A program made the position numbers and the translations under genes. Positions 62,586 to 64,000 of a stretch of DNA of 64,000 nt are shown here, one piece after another (the first letter of the stretch is position 1; the number at the start of each line of letters is the position of its first letter). The notes under the pieces are model-generated. The model was not told the origin of the DNA. It was given only the letters and a program-made list of their open reading frames with translations, and made no database searches. This DNA is from Acidobacteriota bacterium (lineage in GTDB: Bacteria; Acidobacteriota; Thermoanaerobaculia; Thermoanaerobaculales; Sulfomarinibacteraceae): contig JAHECW010000005.1 of assembly GCA_024641545.1 (NCBI GenBank), positions 6,067 through 70,066 of the forward strand, read 5' to 3'.

Positions 62586-64000
62586 CATGGCTGGACGACC
62601 CCGGTTTTCCACGATTCTTATTGTGGGGTGTGCATCGGCGATCACCCTCGTTCCACCCTATGCCGCGGCGCAGCATCAGAGACTCACTCTCCTTCACACC
62701 TCCGATCTCCACGGCAGCGTGCTGCCCTGGGACGACTTCCAGAATCAACCCTCCGATGGTTCGCTGGCGCAGGTTTCGACCCTCGTCAAGCAGATCCGGG
62801 ATGAGGTCGACCACCCGGTCCTGGTTTTCGATTCCGGCGACACCATCCAGGGGACCCCGTTCGAACAGTTCCCCCACGTCCGCTGGTCCGAGCCGAGTCC
62901 GACCATTGCGGCCATGAACCTCATCGGCTACGACGCCATGGCCGTGGGCAACCACGAGTTCAATTTCGGGCTCGATGTCCTGCGCCGGGCCGAGAGCCAG
63001 GCCGATTTCCCCTTCCTTTCGGCGAACACCGTCAATCAGGCCGACTCCCGGCCGGCGTTCCCGACCCACATGGTGATCGAGGCCGGTGATCTCCGAGTCG
63101 GAGTGATCGGCCTCGTGACCCCGAACATCCCGGGCTGGGAGCGGCCGGAACACTATCGGGGCCTGGTCTTTGAGCCCATGGATGCGACCGCCCGGGAACA
63201 GGTCCGGCTGCTGCGCGACAAGGAGGGGTGCGATCTCGTGATCGTCCTCGCCCACACCGGGTTCGAAAAGGACCCCGACGACGGCTCCCCGAGCGGAACC
63301 GAAGTCGAAGATTTCGCCTCGCGTTTGTCGCAGGTTCCGGGCGTTGACGTCCTCCTCACCGGTCACACCCACAAGGACATCCCGCCTCGTCAACTCGCCG
63401 GCGCCATCGTGTCGCAGCCCCGGGCCCGCGCCCGGCTGCTGACCCGGATTGACCTCGAGCTCGAACGTACGGACGACGCTTGGCGACTCGCATCGTGGGA
63501 GGGTCGGAACCTGCCGATCGAGTCCGTCACACCCGACCCGGCGATCCTCGAGCCCATGGCCGCGCTCCACGAACGGGTGGTCGAGGCTCTCGACGGGCCC
63601 GTAGGCCGGGCCGACGCACCCGTCAGCGTGGCCGGTTGCCGGCTCCACGACTGCGCCGCCCTCGACCTCATCCATCAGGTCCAACTCGCTGCTTCGGGAG
63701 CGGATCTTTCGCTCGCATCGCTGCTCACCGATCGCACGCCGGACCTCCCGGCCGGGCCCGTGACCTGGCGTTGGATCTACTCGTTCTATGTCTATCCCAA
63801 TACCCTGGTGAAGGTTGCAATCACCGGCGCCGAGATCAAGGACATCCTCGAACACGCGGCCCGTTACTACAGCGGTCTCGACTGCGATTCGGAGGGTGCG
63901 TGCACGCTATTGACAGATCCCACCGTCCCGCACTACAACGTGGACACGATGGCGGGGGTTTCTTACCGAGTGGACCCCACCCTGCCGGTGGGCCACCGGG
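62586..64000 (+). CDS. Secreted bifunctional metallophosphatase / 5-prime-nucleotidase-family protein (runs off the right window edge)
   Basis: Absent from the ORF track (no stop in the window). ATG at 62586 gives MAGRPRFSTILIVGCASAITLVPPYAAAQHQRLTLLHTSDLHGSVLPWDD...FDSGDTIQGTP...GNHEFNFG...VLAHTGF...LTGHTH..., the calcineurin-like phosphoesterase motif series. The frame stays open to 64000. Confidence 0.8.

Noticed and set aside
62515-63855. 446-aa minus-strand ORF
   Set aside because: It has no motifs and a Gly/Arg/Val/Asp-rich composition. It lies antisense to a plus-strand frame encoding a complete metallophosphoesterase motif series.

Overview
All calls below were made by eye from the sequence and the ORF track; no homology search, HMM, folding or statistics were run.

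This is a visibly GC-rich bacterial chromosomal segment. It has one tRNA, no rRNA, no CRISPR array, and no transposase, integrase or phage genes. Most genes lie on the minus strand and are tightly packed, with many 4-nt start/stop overlaps. The many long antisense ORFs in the track are GC-driven shadows.

From about 19.4 kb rightwards the content is mostly housekeeping:
- recA, ligA, a pcnB-like gene, nrdR-lon, tRNA-Asn, gdhA, carA-carB and aroC
- an ABC/GldG/DUF4340 cluster
- an S9 peptidase, a UDP-glucuronate decarboxylase-like SDR, an HDAC-family deacetylase, Skp/OmpH, an LtaS/sulfatase-family enzyme, and a DsbA-like oxidoreductase

The unusual part is the left ~19 kb (537-19380), a redox island on the minus strand. 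It holds three CCG-domain (HdrD/DsrK-type) proteins in three modules:
- A compact Hmc/Dsr-like four-gene operon: a DsrK-like protein, a NarI/DsrM-like cytochrome b, a 4x[4Fe-4S] protein, and a NrfD/DsrP-like membrane protein fused to a C-terminal heptahaem cytochrome c.
- A second, stand-alone DsrMK-like pair.
- A NuoE/NuoF/NuoG-like NADH-dehydrogenase module co-transcribed with a FAD/Fe-S/CCG fusion protein, followed by a histidine kinase and a receiver-only regulator.

The first and third modules are preceded by good -24/-12 (sigma-54) promoter matches. The window also holds three sigma-54-activator-type regulators, one of them degenerate, and three PAS domains carrying a tri-cysteine motif. 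No dsrAB, dsrC, apr, sat, hydrogenase or formate-dehydrogenase active site is visible, so the thiol/disulfide substrate is unknown.

A second recurring signal is a family of intergenic structured elements built from inverted arrays of degenerate 8-mer words (GTCAGGAA, GTGAGGAG, CACAGAGG, CACGAAGG, CACAAAGA).

Two real genes that run off the window edges are missing from the ORF track: a PAS sensor at the left edge and a 5-prime-nucleotidase-like gene at the right edge.
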